Made by a program: the position numbers and the translations under genes
DNA from: Balanoglossus misakiensis
Taxonomy: Eukaryota > Animalia > Hemichordata
DNA length: 64,000 bases
Reading direction: 5' to 3'
Assembly: GCA_040954595.2 (NCBI GenBank)
Contig: CM082587.2
Span: 5,816,206 to 5,880,205 of the forward strand
Part shown: positions 14,101-38,000 of the stretch, piece by piece
Layout of the letters: each line of letters begins with the position of its first letter
How positions within the stretch are numbered: the stretch's first letter is position 1
Notes under the pieces: generated by a model
What the model saw: only the letters and a program-made list of their open reading frames with translations
Told to the model about the DNA's origin: nothing
Databases searched by the model: none

Positions 14101-15279
14101 ACGTAAACATGATTGGCACATTACCTAATACAAATCCCGCCAAATAGGCGCCAAAGGCTGTGCAAGCCACACAGAGTCGACCAATGGCGAACACCCAGTA
14201 ATTCGGAGCAAAGGCAGTTATCACTCCAAAAACAACCTCCAGCGCGACGCAAATCAGAAAACCTCGTTTGCGACCAAACCTTCGGAAACGAGAGTGAAAA
14301 TTAGTGACCACATATTAGCATTAAGGTTAGATTCAAGTATCAGTATTTTGTAAATATTACAAAAGTGAAATAACGGTTTCTTACTTGTCTAGAACATTTC
14401 CAAAGACAAAGGACCCGATTAGGAATCCCAACATGTAGAACGAGGAAGCCAGTGCGCCCAGGTATTCATCGTCACACACCAGATCGAACTGCCAAAAAAT
14501 AAAATTTAAATTGATGTACAGTGTGATATCATGTTTTGAATTGCATTGCTTTGTCAAGTTTTTTATTCTTTGCTGCGTGTGTCTGTGTACCGAGTGTGCG
14601 TGATCTGGTATCGTGCACACGCTATGCAAGTGGATGGCGTTTAGAATGGCAACATCTAATTCAGTACGCATGAACACGTCTTTTGGGGGGATGGGGGTGT
14701 GGGGTTGGTAAACCAGTCTCTCCTAGCATAGCGAGCGAAGTTCGTCTTGGTGTCCACCGATTTATAGGACAACAATCACCAGAAACAATTGAAATATTGT
14801 TTTCTGTGACAAGAGACCAGATAATATATTAAACGGCTTACCTGTTGAAACACCGTCGATTTGTACTGTGATCTGTCGTACTCCCACCCATGGTCACACT
14901 TTATTATCGTGTCATTTCTGTGCGGCAGCGTGCCCTGTTCGAAGGAGTACACTATGTCCTGGTGACTGACGTTGTATCGGTAGCACTGGCTGAAGGTCGA
15001 CGTGGCGCCGCAGCCGTTGTCCGTCTGCGCCCTTGGAATGGTCAGGTTCTTCACCAGCTCCTCGCAGTCGGCCGTGACGTTGGCGAGACAGATCTGCGCG
15101 CCGCTGTCGGCGGAACCCGGCACTCGGCACCAGGCGTCGGTGGTGGCGAGCAGGAAGACGGGGGCTATGGCGTGCAACGCGGCGGGGATGGCCCACATCC
15201 CCATGAGGATATAGACCCTGATTTGGTACTTGCCAAATTCCCCCAGGATGTGCTTCAAAACGTCATCGAAGTGCAACAT
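11145..15279 (-). CDS. SLC22-family (MFS) organic cation transporter-like protein, 10 coding exons
   Basis: Exons 15279-14842, 14488-14385, 14279-14125, 13895-13727, 13296-13137, 12904-12810, 12661-12441, 12077-11963, 11669-11460, 11244-11145, all GT-AG with consistent phases. SLC22 hallmarks: [19 protein letters not shown] start, Cys-rich first extracellular loop, [51 protein letters not shown]. Confidence 0.95.
12694..12747 (+). repeat. Short dispersed repeat (intronic MITE-like fragment)
   Basis: TTAAAGGG...ATCGTCTT.TGCGCA.GTGC.AAACCAGAGACTCTGGTTACA is shared with 39684-39737. Confidence 0.8.
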
Positions 15280-17618
15280 TTTGGCTGGAAGAAGGAGAAA
15301 AACCGGAGAAGATACTGGGTGTCATGTTTCTCAATAGTTTCCTTGTGTGAACGACACCTGTGAGGGAATTGATGTGTGAGTGGTATCTGGGAACACAAAG
15401 GGTACCTGAGAAATTATAAATCGGGTCTGGCATCACTGGGCCGGCAGAATCCTAAGGGGTCTCTATTTTAACAACCACGAGGTACCTACCGTGGGATAGG
15501 ATAGACTGTCATTGTTTAACTGTTCGTATGCAACACAATGTCATGATATGCTTGACCAATTCACTGTGCTGGCATACAGTGTCCGAGTTAGAATCCGTAC
15601 AAAAACATTATGCCTTTTTCGCAAGCCTTGGTAGATGTTAACGCTGGCCCGAGTCGTGCATGATAAAAGCTTGTAGAAAGCACGAGTGATCTATCTCCCT
15701 GCCTGCCTGCTTACCCGTCTGTCTGTACCCCTTCCAATCACCTTTTCAGGCACACTTGCATTTTAGGACAACTGATGAAATTTTACTGGGACACAAAACA
15801 GATATTATATGTACAATATGATCTACTTTGCTTTCAAAACTCGTGGATATGCAAACGCACTGCCACACCTTAGTTGGTCAGGGGTATAAATAGCCGTATG
15901 TAGTGTGCATGTACAATAGCAGTTCTTCTGGGGAGCACATGGGGCCTACGCCTAATGTTGATCTTGACGGAACATGTTGGCCTACTAGTGATTTCATTTG
16001 TCCGAAAATTTTACCCTCTGTGAACAACTCCATTATCAGAAAAAGGGCACAAATAGAGTAGAAAAAAATCTTGACGTAGAAAATTTGGTACCACACATGC
16101 AAACTGCTCGAAAAAGTCATTGGAATTTGGAACTGCCACAGCTGCCACCTGTAGAGTGTCCCACATATACCAGGTGCACTGTATCAAACAGTCAAACAAG
16201 AAATGAATACAGCGTAAAAATCCAGCAGTTGGCTTCCAGGCACCCCATGCAAGTTGCAGCGTTTACATGCACCCTGAAGGCGACGGTGTTCATCATGTTC
16301 ATTGACCATATACCCACGCCGCACCCCATTTTGCTGGGGATACAAGTCGCAGGCGGCCCGGTTGTAAACGACAGTAACCCACAAAAAGTATGTTAGATGA
16401 GATTTACCTTAAAATTGACCGACAGTCTCGTCAGCAAGTGCCACTTCACGCAAGATGGCTCCCCTTTTAATGCAAATACACACAGTTCATCGTTTAGTCT
16501 ACTTCTGGTACTATATAAAGACCATTCAAGCCGAGGTCATTGGAATTATGCATACAGATTAGTACTTTGGGTAACAAAGGGATATACTCCCGGTGCTGCA
16601 GAGAGTGAGCGACTGACGTTGCGCTAACTTTTTTTTAGCCGATTGCACTTTCTATTTTGAGAAGTCTGTAATCGATACACAAAACAGTTGTTTTCAGTAG
16701 CTGTCTCCGAACAGTGTGTTAAATCGATAAAAATTGACAATGGTTGGGCACTTGAGGGAACAGTGCTGCGTAATTGTACCTTTTGGTTGCCTTTCCTGTA
16801 TAACTTTCTCTGATGTACCTTGTTTTTATGGCAATCCCCGCACAATGCTTAACCTGTATTACTGTCAACATAACATGCAAATGCATTGCTGCCAGTGTTA
16901 AGTGTCGATAAACTATAAGAATACAAGCCTATGCGTGCGTGACAGTCCCTCTATCCATAGTCAGTGACTGTGTGCTCTATCAATGGCAGTACTGGCTGAC
17001 GAGCTGAATGCCAGGTATTCATTCTTTAACGGTGCCAGTGAAGAGAATATACGTTGTCAATGAGATTAGCATCGCGACCACTTCCACTTTCATTGGTGCA
17101 TTTGCATTTGGCACCGTCGTTACAGCTAAAAATATCTTGAGTTGTTTGGACCAACTTCATTTTTTCTAAAGTAAAGTTGGGCCTCCATAGTAGTAATTGG
17201 GGTGAAAAGGGTTAGGCTTTCGCTTGGTGGAGGACGGTTGTGCAGCTACGGGAATCGGCTATGCCGTTTCGTGTTCGTCTCTTGTGGCCATGTGACTGTT
17301 AACAGAACATGGATGGGAACGTACATGTACATGTATATGACCTCAATACCTGTAAACGGACAGTGGCAATTAATTTTATTAATAGTTTAATTTATAATAG
17401 CATTTTTTATCCTCCCTTAAGCGCAACGAAACAAACCGGTAGCTGCAATAATTGTAGTCCGGGAGGGGGGGGGGGTAAGGGTTAGGTCAAACTGACTGAC
17501 CGACCCTTCCCTGACGGCCCAAGGCTACACTCATCGCAGCTAAATAAATCACCACTGGACTGGCACTCCCCAGCATGACAAGTTTTCCTGGGCAATGTAC
17601 CCAGTTATTGTTGATAAC

Positions 17619-17719
17619 TTAGGGAGCCGTCATTATTTACGACCAGGTGGGTCGCAAAAGTGACGTCTAGTGAAATTCCTCTCCCCCCCCCCCGGCGTCA
17701 ATAATGGCTGTTCCCTTAA
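17619..17719. mobile_element. About 100-bp MITE, PIF/Harbinger-like
   Basis: Left end AGGGAGCCGTCATTATT vs reverse complement of right end AGGGAACAGCCATTATT; TTA on both sides of the GGG...CCC termini. Confidence 0.6.
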
Positions 17720-17915
17720 TGTGTAAGTACGGAATATCGAGGGCTCTCCTACCGCCAAACAACAAACAACAGACAATTTAACGTCTATTGGAGAGAACAG
17801 GGCCCGATTACAATAGACAAAAAAAACTGCAAATATCAAACAGAACATGTCATTACTTGCCCTCTAATAAGCCAAAATATCTATGACAGAATTTCCATCA
17901 CATAAACAAGCAGCG

Positions 17916-17921
17916 TTTATT
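17916..17921 (-). terminator. Candidate polyadenylation signal (AATAAA) of SKIV2L
   Basis: TTTATT on +, about 1 kb past the SKIV2L stop, at the end of an AT-rich UTR-like tract. Confidence 0.4.
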
Positions 17922-18947
17922 TTTACTACTTGTTGAAAAGCTATAATGCAGTGTGTTCATTTCGATCCATTAACATACACAGGTGCCAAACAAAATACAC
18001 ATACACATATGTATTTTACTCAATCAAAATACTGAAGCATTTTAATTCCAAAAATGAGTCTAACAGTTCCAGCTTCAAAATTAAAAGTTGTATGACATGA
18101 AATATAAAAATAATTTCCAAGGCATGTAAATTATTTTCTGTGTATTTTGTTTTTACACGAATATACCTTTATGATCCAGTGGCACAAAAATTTCATTTTT
18201 AGCTCTTATACTATAAATAATAATCTTTCTCAATCAGTATATTGTCAAATTCGACAATCTTATTGAAAATTCATTAGATACACTGGTTCGTCTGTAATAG
18301 TACAGATGCTTGTCTTGAGTTGGATATATCGTACCATCAAGATTTTTTCCCATTTTGGCATCGGTGTCAGTTGCTAGCCGTGTGCACAACTCATGCAGAC
18401 AGGACCTTGACATGTCTTATCTATATGTATTTCTGTTGTGATTCATTTGATTCCTGACTTCGAATTTACTTTCATGTTTCCAAAAATCATGCACGAGCAT
18501 GTTTGTGATCATGGCTGCATTAACATATTCCCTACTTGCTCACTTGAATTCAATGCATATGCAAATGCTCGTCAAAACACAACCTTCACTGGCCAGACTA
18601 TGTTTCTGAATGCTCTAAAACATGACTGGCACGAATGCTCTATTAACTTTATTAGCTTTGTTTCATTGCAAGTATCATCTACGCTTTTCAAATCTTCTAA
18701 AAAGATCGGCAGTATCTGTAATCACAGTCTGGCAGTACATCAAATTCACACTTAGCCAGAATTCTTTGAAGTTGCTTCTGATTTTGTCACATTGGCACCC
18801 CAGCCGGGAATATAAAACCTTCTAATCATTACTGTCACACTCAGTTCCGCACAGCACGCCATATTTGGAGGCTTGCCTCAGCCAAGCAACGCGTGGACAA
18901 ATACGATGTATATTGTTCAGTGTGAGGTCAATTCCGCTATCTCTCCA

Positions 18948-28576
<9,629 letters not shown>

Positions 28577-28584
<8 letters not shown>

Positions 28585-29074
28585 TTTAATATAGAGGGCG
28601 GGCTTCCCTCAGCGCGGAAATGTAAACATTAATTGGAGCCGAGATGTAACAAACTTTCGTGCTGTTTTTCTATGACGTCATACCTCGTAACCCCGAGAAG
28701 GAAATGTACAGTCGTCGCTATTTCGACCCCAATAACAACACACAGGCGGCCCAGGTTTGTTGTTTTTGAGACCCTCGGTACGTGATAATAAGCTACACAG
28801 ATTCATCGTTTTGCAGAAAGGTTTTTGTTGAGGAAACGCGCTGCCCAAAGACTAGACATTCTCATATTTTTTTTACTGAGCACTCCTGCTGGAGAAGCCA
28901 TCACAGATATCGTCCATGTACAAGTGTCAAGTGAACAAACTTGTCTGATTGTGAGTCATCATGGAGCATCCGTCGCTTTAATAATAGACTAGATATTTGA
29001 TGGGATCAAAACCAAGCTGCGTAAAGAAGCAGGCAACTGTCCAAGATTCGCCAAACCCCGAAACAAGTGACGCT
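28577..29074. promoter_or_regulatory. Bidirectional promoter region SKIV2L / LRSAM1
   Basis: Divergent ATGs about 490 bp apart. YY1-type GCCGCCATTTT overlaps the SKIV2L ATG (28577-28587), ETS-like GCGGAAAT at about 28615, perfect CRE TGACGTCA at 28673-28680. Confidence 0.7.
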
Positions 29075-32000
29075 ATGCCGCTGTTTGGACATAGACAGAG
29101 CGCAGAGGGCAAAAAGAGACAAGAACATAGCATCTATGTGGTGAGTATACACTGCATCTTGTAGTTGTAGAATGAATGTATTTTTCTAATTGCCCTGTGG
29201 AAACCCTGATTTTTGGCAGTCCTCAAGGTAATTTGTATTGCTATCAGTAATCATGCGTATATAACTACATGTATACATCTATGTATGCATACATGTATTA
29301 TATACACATGTATAACATTTTATATATAAACAAACAAACAAACACACACACACAGAAAGTATTCGACTGGTCCGACACAAAGTGCTGAAGTGCTCAATAC
29401 AATATATAAAGTCACTGGACTCACTCAACTGCTGGTTTAGTCTCCCGGTGAGTGATTCCAGTGACTCTCAAAATAGCATTGCAGAGATTATACCACCTAT
29501 CGTTTCTCCAGCTACCCTTATTTTATACTTTAGTATCAATCACTTTGTATCGGACCACTGGCAGTTTCATAAGGTTGTTACTTTGAGCCAGTATGGCATG
29601 TGTTAATGTAGTGCTTCCCACAACACGCACAAAAATTTCATGGTCTAAGTAACTGGTCTCAACTGACTGGAAAGAATTTCCAGTCAGGCTCAGACTTACA
29701 ACATGATAATAAGGAGTTGACCAGGCAGGACACACACATTTTATATGTTGCAATTTGAACACGCTGTATATTAAATTAATGGGTGCCACACCCATTTAAT
29801 CAGCTGACATACAGACAGTGCGTGGCTATTGGGGTATGCATCACCAAGAGATGATAAACTGATGCAAATGCGAGTAATATGGCTTAATGGTGAGTATTTT
29901 AGAGGATAGAGAATATATTTTAAGTGTTTTATTGTGGGGAAAAAATGTGAAATTTGGCAGCACTAGAGGCTTTAATGTCTGGAAACAGACCAAATCTAAT
30001 CCACAGAATGAATGTAGCCAATGGTGGGGTCTTAGATAATATCTAATCCTTACAGAGGATTAGATAATTTCTAATCCTTACAGAGAGGATTATTGAAGCT
30101 TTGGCCAAGACCTCTAGATAAATTGTAGGCATATGAACAAGATAAACGTAGTAACATGAATTATGAATTAACATGAAACATTATCAGAAACTGAAATCCT
30201 AAAAAATAATGCAACTGTCAGAATATTAAGCCAAGACAATAAATATAACTGATGTATAAATAAACAGATTCAAATGGACATTGTCCATCATGAAACATAG
30301 CAAAGACTCTGAGATACATGTATCAGGTAGGACTGACTCAGAACCAGTGAATTCAGCTCAGCAGGTACACATGTACATATTTAATAGATGTACATGTAGT
30401 ACTAGGTTAAAAGGACATGTGTATCCATTGTGTATGTTGATTTGACATCATATTTCAGTGAATTTTCAATGAAGTATTTCAGAAAGAGATATGATCAGAA
30501 TACCATAATCATCTGGAAGAGGTCTCTGTACTTCTTGGGGGGGGGGGGGGGGGGATATTATGAGCTTTTTTCAGTATTCAAAAGATACAATGACTAAGCG
30601 TTTGTTTCTCTCAATTCCTTCAGTGGATTAATTTAACCAAAGAGAATTTTTTTGTCAAATAGAACTCCTTATCAACAGAATCTGTTCAATTTCCTTCTTA
30701 CTATGTCGATGCAGTCCCCCACACTGATCCGTCCTCGTGCTGAAATTGAATTCATTTCTTGCTTTTGAGCAAATTAAAACAAGACTAACCTGATTTGGGT
30801 AGAATAGATAGATCAGATGAGTCATTCCTTTTTCTGAAAATGGATACATTTGATTTTGTTTTTCTCACTCCTCTCTTTTTGAGAGCATTTGATCATTTAC
30901 TGCCTGGATGAAGTTTAGCCTTGATCTGATAATTGCCATGTCAAGGCCGTTGTATTCCTGGGTTCATGCAGCGGTCTTGGGCACACACTGTATATCTTGG
31001 TGAAATCGTGTACCTGTTTTTTCACGTGGTGAACTTAGATAATTATGTCCCAATCATTTTGGGTGTGGTGAAATTGAACACCACAAAAATGTCAAGTTAT
31101 CATTATTTAAATTAATCCACGCAAAAGAAAAATAAGTTGTCGTGCACAGAGTGGTACGACACATGGAATCAAGGTGCTTTGCAACCCGCAAATTCTAATG
31201 AAAAATTCAGGATCATGTGTCCTCGCAACAGTCATAGATTTACTGAAGGCAATCATTCATCATGTCACTCGGAACATTTTGCAACCGAAGCCCTTTCAAT
31301 AGCCTGGGATTAATATGGTGATGGGGGGAAGGCCAACGAGAGATATCTCGAATCATCTAGGTCAACAAACGCATTGAAGACGCGCCCATGGCTGCGATGG
31401 GAATATTGTTGAATTACTGCCGGAGCCATTGAACAGGAAACCTGCTTATGGCCAAAGATCTATCATTTTCATAATACAGCAGCTTTGATACAAACAAATG
31501 TACAAAGTCACTATGAGTCCACATGCACTATTTCTGTTGATAACCCAGATTTCTGTCCGAGTCAAGATGATGAATTTCTGACTGAAAGAGTTGAATGCAC
31601 TTCGCATATTTGATTTGACATTGCATTACATTATTCAACATGGAGTGTTTACTTCCGATAAACCATGTGCACTCAGACAGAAGAAAAATGAGCTGTTCAA
31701 TACGCAGAAAAAGTAATTCTATAAAAATAGTGAAAAGTTATGTACAGATAGTGGAGCCTTAATTAAAAAAAGGAGAAAAATAATTCGCAGATAAATGGAT
31801 GCATTATAGCAAGTTGTATGGTGTCTTTTCACAGAGCCGGCATTTGTATTCTACTCCTGCAGAAGTATCCTCTTTACAACAAGGACACTTACAAGAACAC
31901 ACTATACCCTTGGGTGAAATGTTACTGGCAAAACTAATACACCTGCACAATGCTATCATAAAACGTTATTGGAATATATATGTCGGCCAGATACTTTCTT

Positions 32001-35000
32001 GACATCAAAGTCCGTTGGCACGTGAATTTACTGCACGCAGCTGGGATACACCAGTAAATATTTTGTGTTACAGGTTATATTGGCGTCAGTCAAATGAAAG
32101 TGTCACTGAAAGGTGCTGTGAAAAATCCCATGTACACGTACGCTGGAATTGATAACTTGGTCGTGTATCAAGAAAATAGCTAGAAATCCTAGTGCATGTT
32201 GATGTTATGTATATTCAATACATAAGGTCACTTGGCTAATACGTTCCATGCTCCTATTGCATGTGTTAAAACTACCCATTACTTTTATCTTGTATGTATC
32301 AGAATAGGAATACTCAGCCAATTTGTTGACTACAGTATCTTGAGACCTTATTTTACTTGAGAGACTTTTTTCAACACATTGTTAATGATGAACATGTCAG
32401 AAAACAGATTTTCAAAATTCAGGTATTTCATATTGTACAGGTAGTTGGCGTATGACTGTCAAGGTCACCTTGTTACAAACAAATACAGTAGCAGATGGGA
32501 GTGAATGCCTTTTCAATGGGAAAGGATGATTAAATTATGAACGTTTTTTGAAAAGTTGGATCATTGTGTTGTTTGCAGTTTTATTTAATGTGTTTTCCAG
32601 GCTGGTCTTGTATGTGGGCACACCTCAAAATGGTGTTTAAACTTGTAAAATGTATGTACATACATATGTACGTGTGTATACAGGTACGTGTACGGATGTG
32701 TATGTACATTTCTATGTATGTGCATGTATGTATACATTTATATTTTGTATGTACAATGTTATAACTTAAGTATATTTAATGGTGCTTTTTGTGTCCCAAT
32801 TTCAGGCAAAGGAGTCTCCAGAGCCAACATTTGCTGTATCAAACTGTGAGCTCACCGAAGTAAGTTCTTTTTGATAATATCAAACGTCATCATCAATCTG
32901 TGACTATCCCTAACCCTAAGTAGCCATGCAAAAGTTCTATGATAATGATTCGGGTGAATAATAGTAAGAGTAAGTCCCACATGTATGATAATTATGGTTT
33001 CTTTTGTTTTTTGTAATTACAGGTCCCGAGTGGAGTCTTTTCTCTATGCAAAGTACTCAGGAAGGAGGTGTGAAACTTTTTATTTATGCAATTTTTAAAC
33101 TTTAGATTTGAGACATCCAAGTTTTAACTTTCTTCAGAGCTATTTCTTACATGGTCAATTTCTTTCTTTCAAATGAAACACTACAAACATTTGAATAAGA
33201 AAGTGTTACATCCCACTCTAACATGATAATTAATATATACATGTACTTGCAATCACTTCAAATCCATCTCTCTCTCTCTCTCTTTCTCTCTGCGTTGATT
33301 ACAGGCATTATTACTTCACGAGAACTGGCTCACTTCTCTGAAAAATGGAGGCAGTCTGAAAGATCTGGCTTATCTGAGGGTGAGTCTGAACACTAGTCGG
33401 GGGTCACATTTGTCATTTGGGTACCCTGTTTATACAATGTTCGATTGAGTACTTACATATACATGTATACGTGCAAGTCTCGAAGACTCTGCAGTGCTGT
33501 TGTAGCCAGATCACATACAGCCTGAATATACAGTTCACAGCTGCTTCTAACTATGTGAAGAATTTGACGAGACAAATTAAAGAAGTGTAATTGTGACAGA
33601 ACTATGCATGAGGAAAATGTGAATTGTGCAAAGTAACGGGTTCTGGTGGTGCTGCCAAGTCACTCTCGAGCAAACGCAGTGTTACTACATAGAATATGAT
33701 ATCCAACCGGCGGATGTCACTCACAACAGAAATAGGGCTATTTCAATGTAACACATTAGGGTGTACAGCGTAGTAATCGATCGTGTGTTTACACCGACAG
33801 ATTCTGGACCTGCATCAGAATGAATTCCATGAACTGCCCGATGAGATTGGAGAGATGCACAGCCTGCAGGTCCTGAACGTGGGCCACAACAAACTGAAGA
33901 AGCTACCGCGGTCCGTCGGGAGACTTCAGATGCTTCAGTCATTAATACTCAAAGGTGAGCATGAATGATCATCGCTGGAGTGTCAGATTGGATCGTCCAC
34001 CTGTGGGCAACGCTAACCCTTTTGCAACCATGGTTTGGCCCACATCCATTGTTTTCTACAGTAAAACAGGACCTATATGTAGAGAAACGGGGATGGAAGG
34101 GTTGGGTCTTTCATCACCGCAGCTTGGTTCATCCTCGCATATCATCTCCAATGGGAGGATTGGCCGATTGTTATTTTATAACACCCAGGGTTGTTTTCTT
34201 GGTACACTTTGATCTCCAGGAAACAAACTGCAGTCTTTACCAGAAGAAGTTTGTCAGCTCAGATGTCTCCGTACGCTGGACATTTCAAACAATAACATCA
34301 AAACGTTGCCAAAGAACCTCTGTCAAATTAGAACATTGGAGGTAAGCCCATACAGTAACTCATGAGAAAAGTCACAATGTAATGCATAACACCTTAATAT
34401 ATAGGGGACTTGAAATTAGAATTTTAAGGTAATTATATTGTACGTCCATTGTATCCTCACAGAATTTGATAGTGGATGCCAAGTCCATGGTGTACCCACC
34501 TGCAGAGATTTGCCTTGAGGGCACAGAAGCAATGATGAAATACTTGTGCTCAGGTCAGTGTTGCTTGTCGGTTAAGAGTAAGTGGTTTTCTCTTCTGAGG
34601 CATGTCCCTGTCGAGCAGAATATCATAAATAATTCCCCACACGATGAATAGTATTACGCCAAACGATGACAGCTTTCATCTTTTTGTTGTCGAGTCACTG
34701 TTTTCAGCCGATTGTACCATCGGAGTCATGCGAAATTGTGTCTTTAATCCCTGCTAGCTGCCGGAATAGAGTACATTCCGGCATCCAAGTTTCTGCTGGA
34801 CGTGCTGGAAATACCGAAAGCCATGCAGCCGACCATCAGCTCCCATTCCTTGAAAGCTATCCAGGACGATGACAGTGCTCTGCAGGACACGCTATCACAC
34901 TACGAAAAAATGAAGGTGAGTTCGTTCAGGAGATGGCAGTGTTAGTGGAGTGGGGGGTTGGGTTAGACCATTGTGCCCTCTAAGCCTGTATAAAGCACCA

Positions 35001-38000
35001 CCGACCAAAGACACTCACTGGTGACTGAAAGAAATTAACCATAAAACATGCAAGAGTATAGGGCTGACTCAGAGAAATTTCTAGAAATCCTCAAATTGAC
35101 TGTAAGCTTTTAAAAATTATGTTTGTTAGAGGGCACACTGGTATCGACTACCGGTATCTAAAATTTTAATTCATACTTGCAGATGGAATTGAACAGACTG
35201 TTACAGACAAGCCAAATACTATCTTATACATACTTTAAAGATCAAAAATTGAACTTCCGTACACTGAACAAATATTTGCAAAAATAACCATAAATTACTG
35301 CTGCTGTTCCTAAACCTTCCTTTTCAAACTACAAAGTATACCCTTACCGGTTTCTCAGAAATACACACATCGTTGTAGTCATCTGTACGTGTAGTTCTGT
35401 TTTGTCGGTGGTCAATTTTTGAGCCTCCTGCCTTTCGCCCGACAGGAACAAAAGCGTCGCCAGGCGATGGAGCTGGAACGCATGCTGGAAGAACACCAGA
35501 GGGAACAGGCGGAGATCATCTCCAACGCGGAGAAACAGAGAGGGAATATCCTTAATGCAATCGCCGAGGTAAGGATGGCGGGCACAGGAATGGGTGAACT
35601 GACAGCTTGGTGGCTGGAGAGAGAATCTTTCACTTCACACGATGTCATCTTCTCTGGTTGAGAGAAAAGTTTTTTTAAAGTCCTAATAGCTGCCTCTTAT
35701 AGGCTAGAATCACTTTTCATTTGAAATCTGTAAATTTTGATGCGAATACTTCTCTGTGTGTTCCCGAGAAAAATCATTGAATCAGAGTGCAGCAATTGAA
35801 AGGAAAATATGAAATGTGTCCCCTCATCAATTATTAGTCAGAGTCAGAGACTATGCATATTGCTTATCTCTTCTCTCTCATCTCCACAGGATCAGGAACG
35901 TATGGACAAAGGAATCAAGTCCCAAGTTGAGAAGAGTCACCAAGAACAGAAACAGCTTGTATCAACTCTGTATCAAGGTATTTAAAGCCCTAAGAGCTGG
36001 GTACCTTTGTGCATTATTTTTCAGATTTTTACTTTCTGGTCCATCCAGGCAGAATTCTGTGACCGGGTCTGGACAGTTTTGCATATTAAAAAGAAAGGGA
36101 AAGGAAACTGATCACTGAGGGCGCTCACACCTGTCGTTATTTTGCAGCGGAAAAGAATTCCCACGAACTGATGAACCAGCTTTTAGTCATGAATGAAAAG
36201 TAAGTATGGGCGGACAATGAACTGTACGCATTCCTACTCACAAAACACAAAGTTTCGATAATCTAAATATTCCAAATGTCCGTTGATCAAAGTCAATGAT
36301 ATGATCATCATGGAATGAAATAGTTACGCTGTGTTTTAACTTTGGAATACTGTAACCAGAAGATTTGAAAAGCCCAAGTGACTCATGAAGTCATATTGAA
36401 TCATGCATGAAATGGCCAGTTTGACCCGGTGTGGACAAACAGGCATGCACGTGGCTGACACTAAACACGCTTTTTGTAACTTGTATCACAGGGCCCGCAA
36501 GACAGAAGAATTGCTGGAAATAATGGAAAGAGAAAGGTATTGTTTTTGTTACCTGGTTTTATCTTGCAAACTTGTTTTTTCCATTGGTCCATTATTCTAG
36601 TTCCAGTCCCTTAATATTTGAACTCTTGGCGTCGATTTGCCTACTCATGTAAAGTGGTCTGTTTGTTTCTACCAACAGTGAGTGTCTGGTGATAAATTTT
36701 TGTAGAAGGATTGTTATGGTATTTTTTGCTTTTCAATGCACCCTTTAGTGTGCTTGTATTTCGTGTAATTATTTCTGCGAAAACCTTGTCAATGAAGTTA
36801 TTCATCTTCTAATTTCAGAATGGAACTGGATGAAACGTTCAATATCGCCTACGAGGAACACAACAATCTCAGGGAAAAAGATGTTCTGGGTGAGTTATAA
36901 AAAACGAAAGCAGTTCTCATCATGACTTGTGAGGCCGCTGTACTATACTCGACAAAAGTTTCATGGCGTGACATTGGCTCATTAGTAATGGTCAGCAGTA
37001 CTTTCACTTAAAGTGTGTTTAGTAACTTTACCTCTGTTCTTAGAAGAAACAATATTTTATCACACACACATACAAACTCAAAAAGCATTTTCTTGGGAGA
37101 AATTTTCAACTAAAACGTACTCCTTTGACTCAAAAACACACATGCACTTAATGCTTCTTTGTGCTTCCTCTGTCCATCAGAATCCATGCAAGTTGTGTTG
37201 ACCGAGAACTTCAACCTGGAACTCTTGCGCCAGGCCTACGAGGCTCACAAGGAAGAGATTGTGAGGACCACACAAGTAGCGTAAGTAACGCCCCCAAGAA
37301 ATAAACCCAGACAGGTACAGAGCGAGTGTTTTCTGAACCTGCGGCTCTTGGTGGAAAACAAAAGCTTTTTCCTGAACTCTGTTTTAATTTTACTCACATT
37401 GCACCATATTTATGAATTTTTCCCCTTTCTCTATCTTCGTACAGTGAGAGCAACAATGCGGAGAAATTGGAACTTTTGCTCAGTGCCAAGGATATGAACA
37501 ACGACGCCCTCATGAAACAGCTGATGAAAGACGTGAGCATAAACTCAGTTATCCATTTCCCTTTCGCTTCCTCAGTTCAGTTCAGGTCTTGCTCATTTCC
37601 CAGTTTCTGCAGTGTTCCTACCACTTAAGAAATTTCTGGAGAAAAAAAATCTCCTAATGTAGAGTTTTTCTCAGTAAAAGTTGTAAAGTTGTCACCAGAC
37701 CACTTTCGTCGTTCTTTTTCATATTGCGTAAATCTTCCAGCGTTTTCCCAATGTAATTTGTCCTTCTGGTGTTTTGCAACAGGAAAAATTCCAAATGGAA
37801 GCGTTTGAGGCTCTGCAGCTGGAGAAGGATGCCAAGAATCAACGTATCACAGCTCAGGTAATGATGACATATGGTGCGGTTTGGTGGGCTTTGTTATTGT
37901 CAGTGCTACACTGTTGTTTTGTGTTGTCTCTGCAACTGGTCATACTCTTGTAATATTTGACCTGTGAACTTTCACTGTGAATGCATAATGACTGCAATTT

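Noticed and set aside
31560-32420. Intronic ATGATGA (C-box-like) motifs as possible snoRNAs
   Set aside because: No suitably spaced CTGA D box with a terminal stem.
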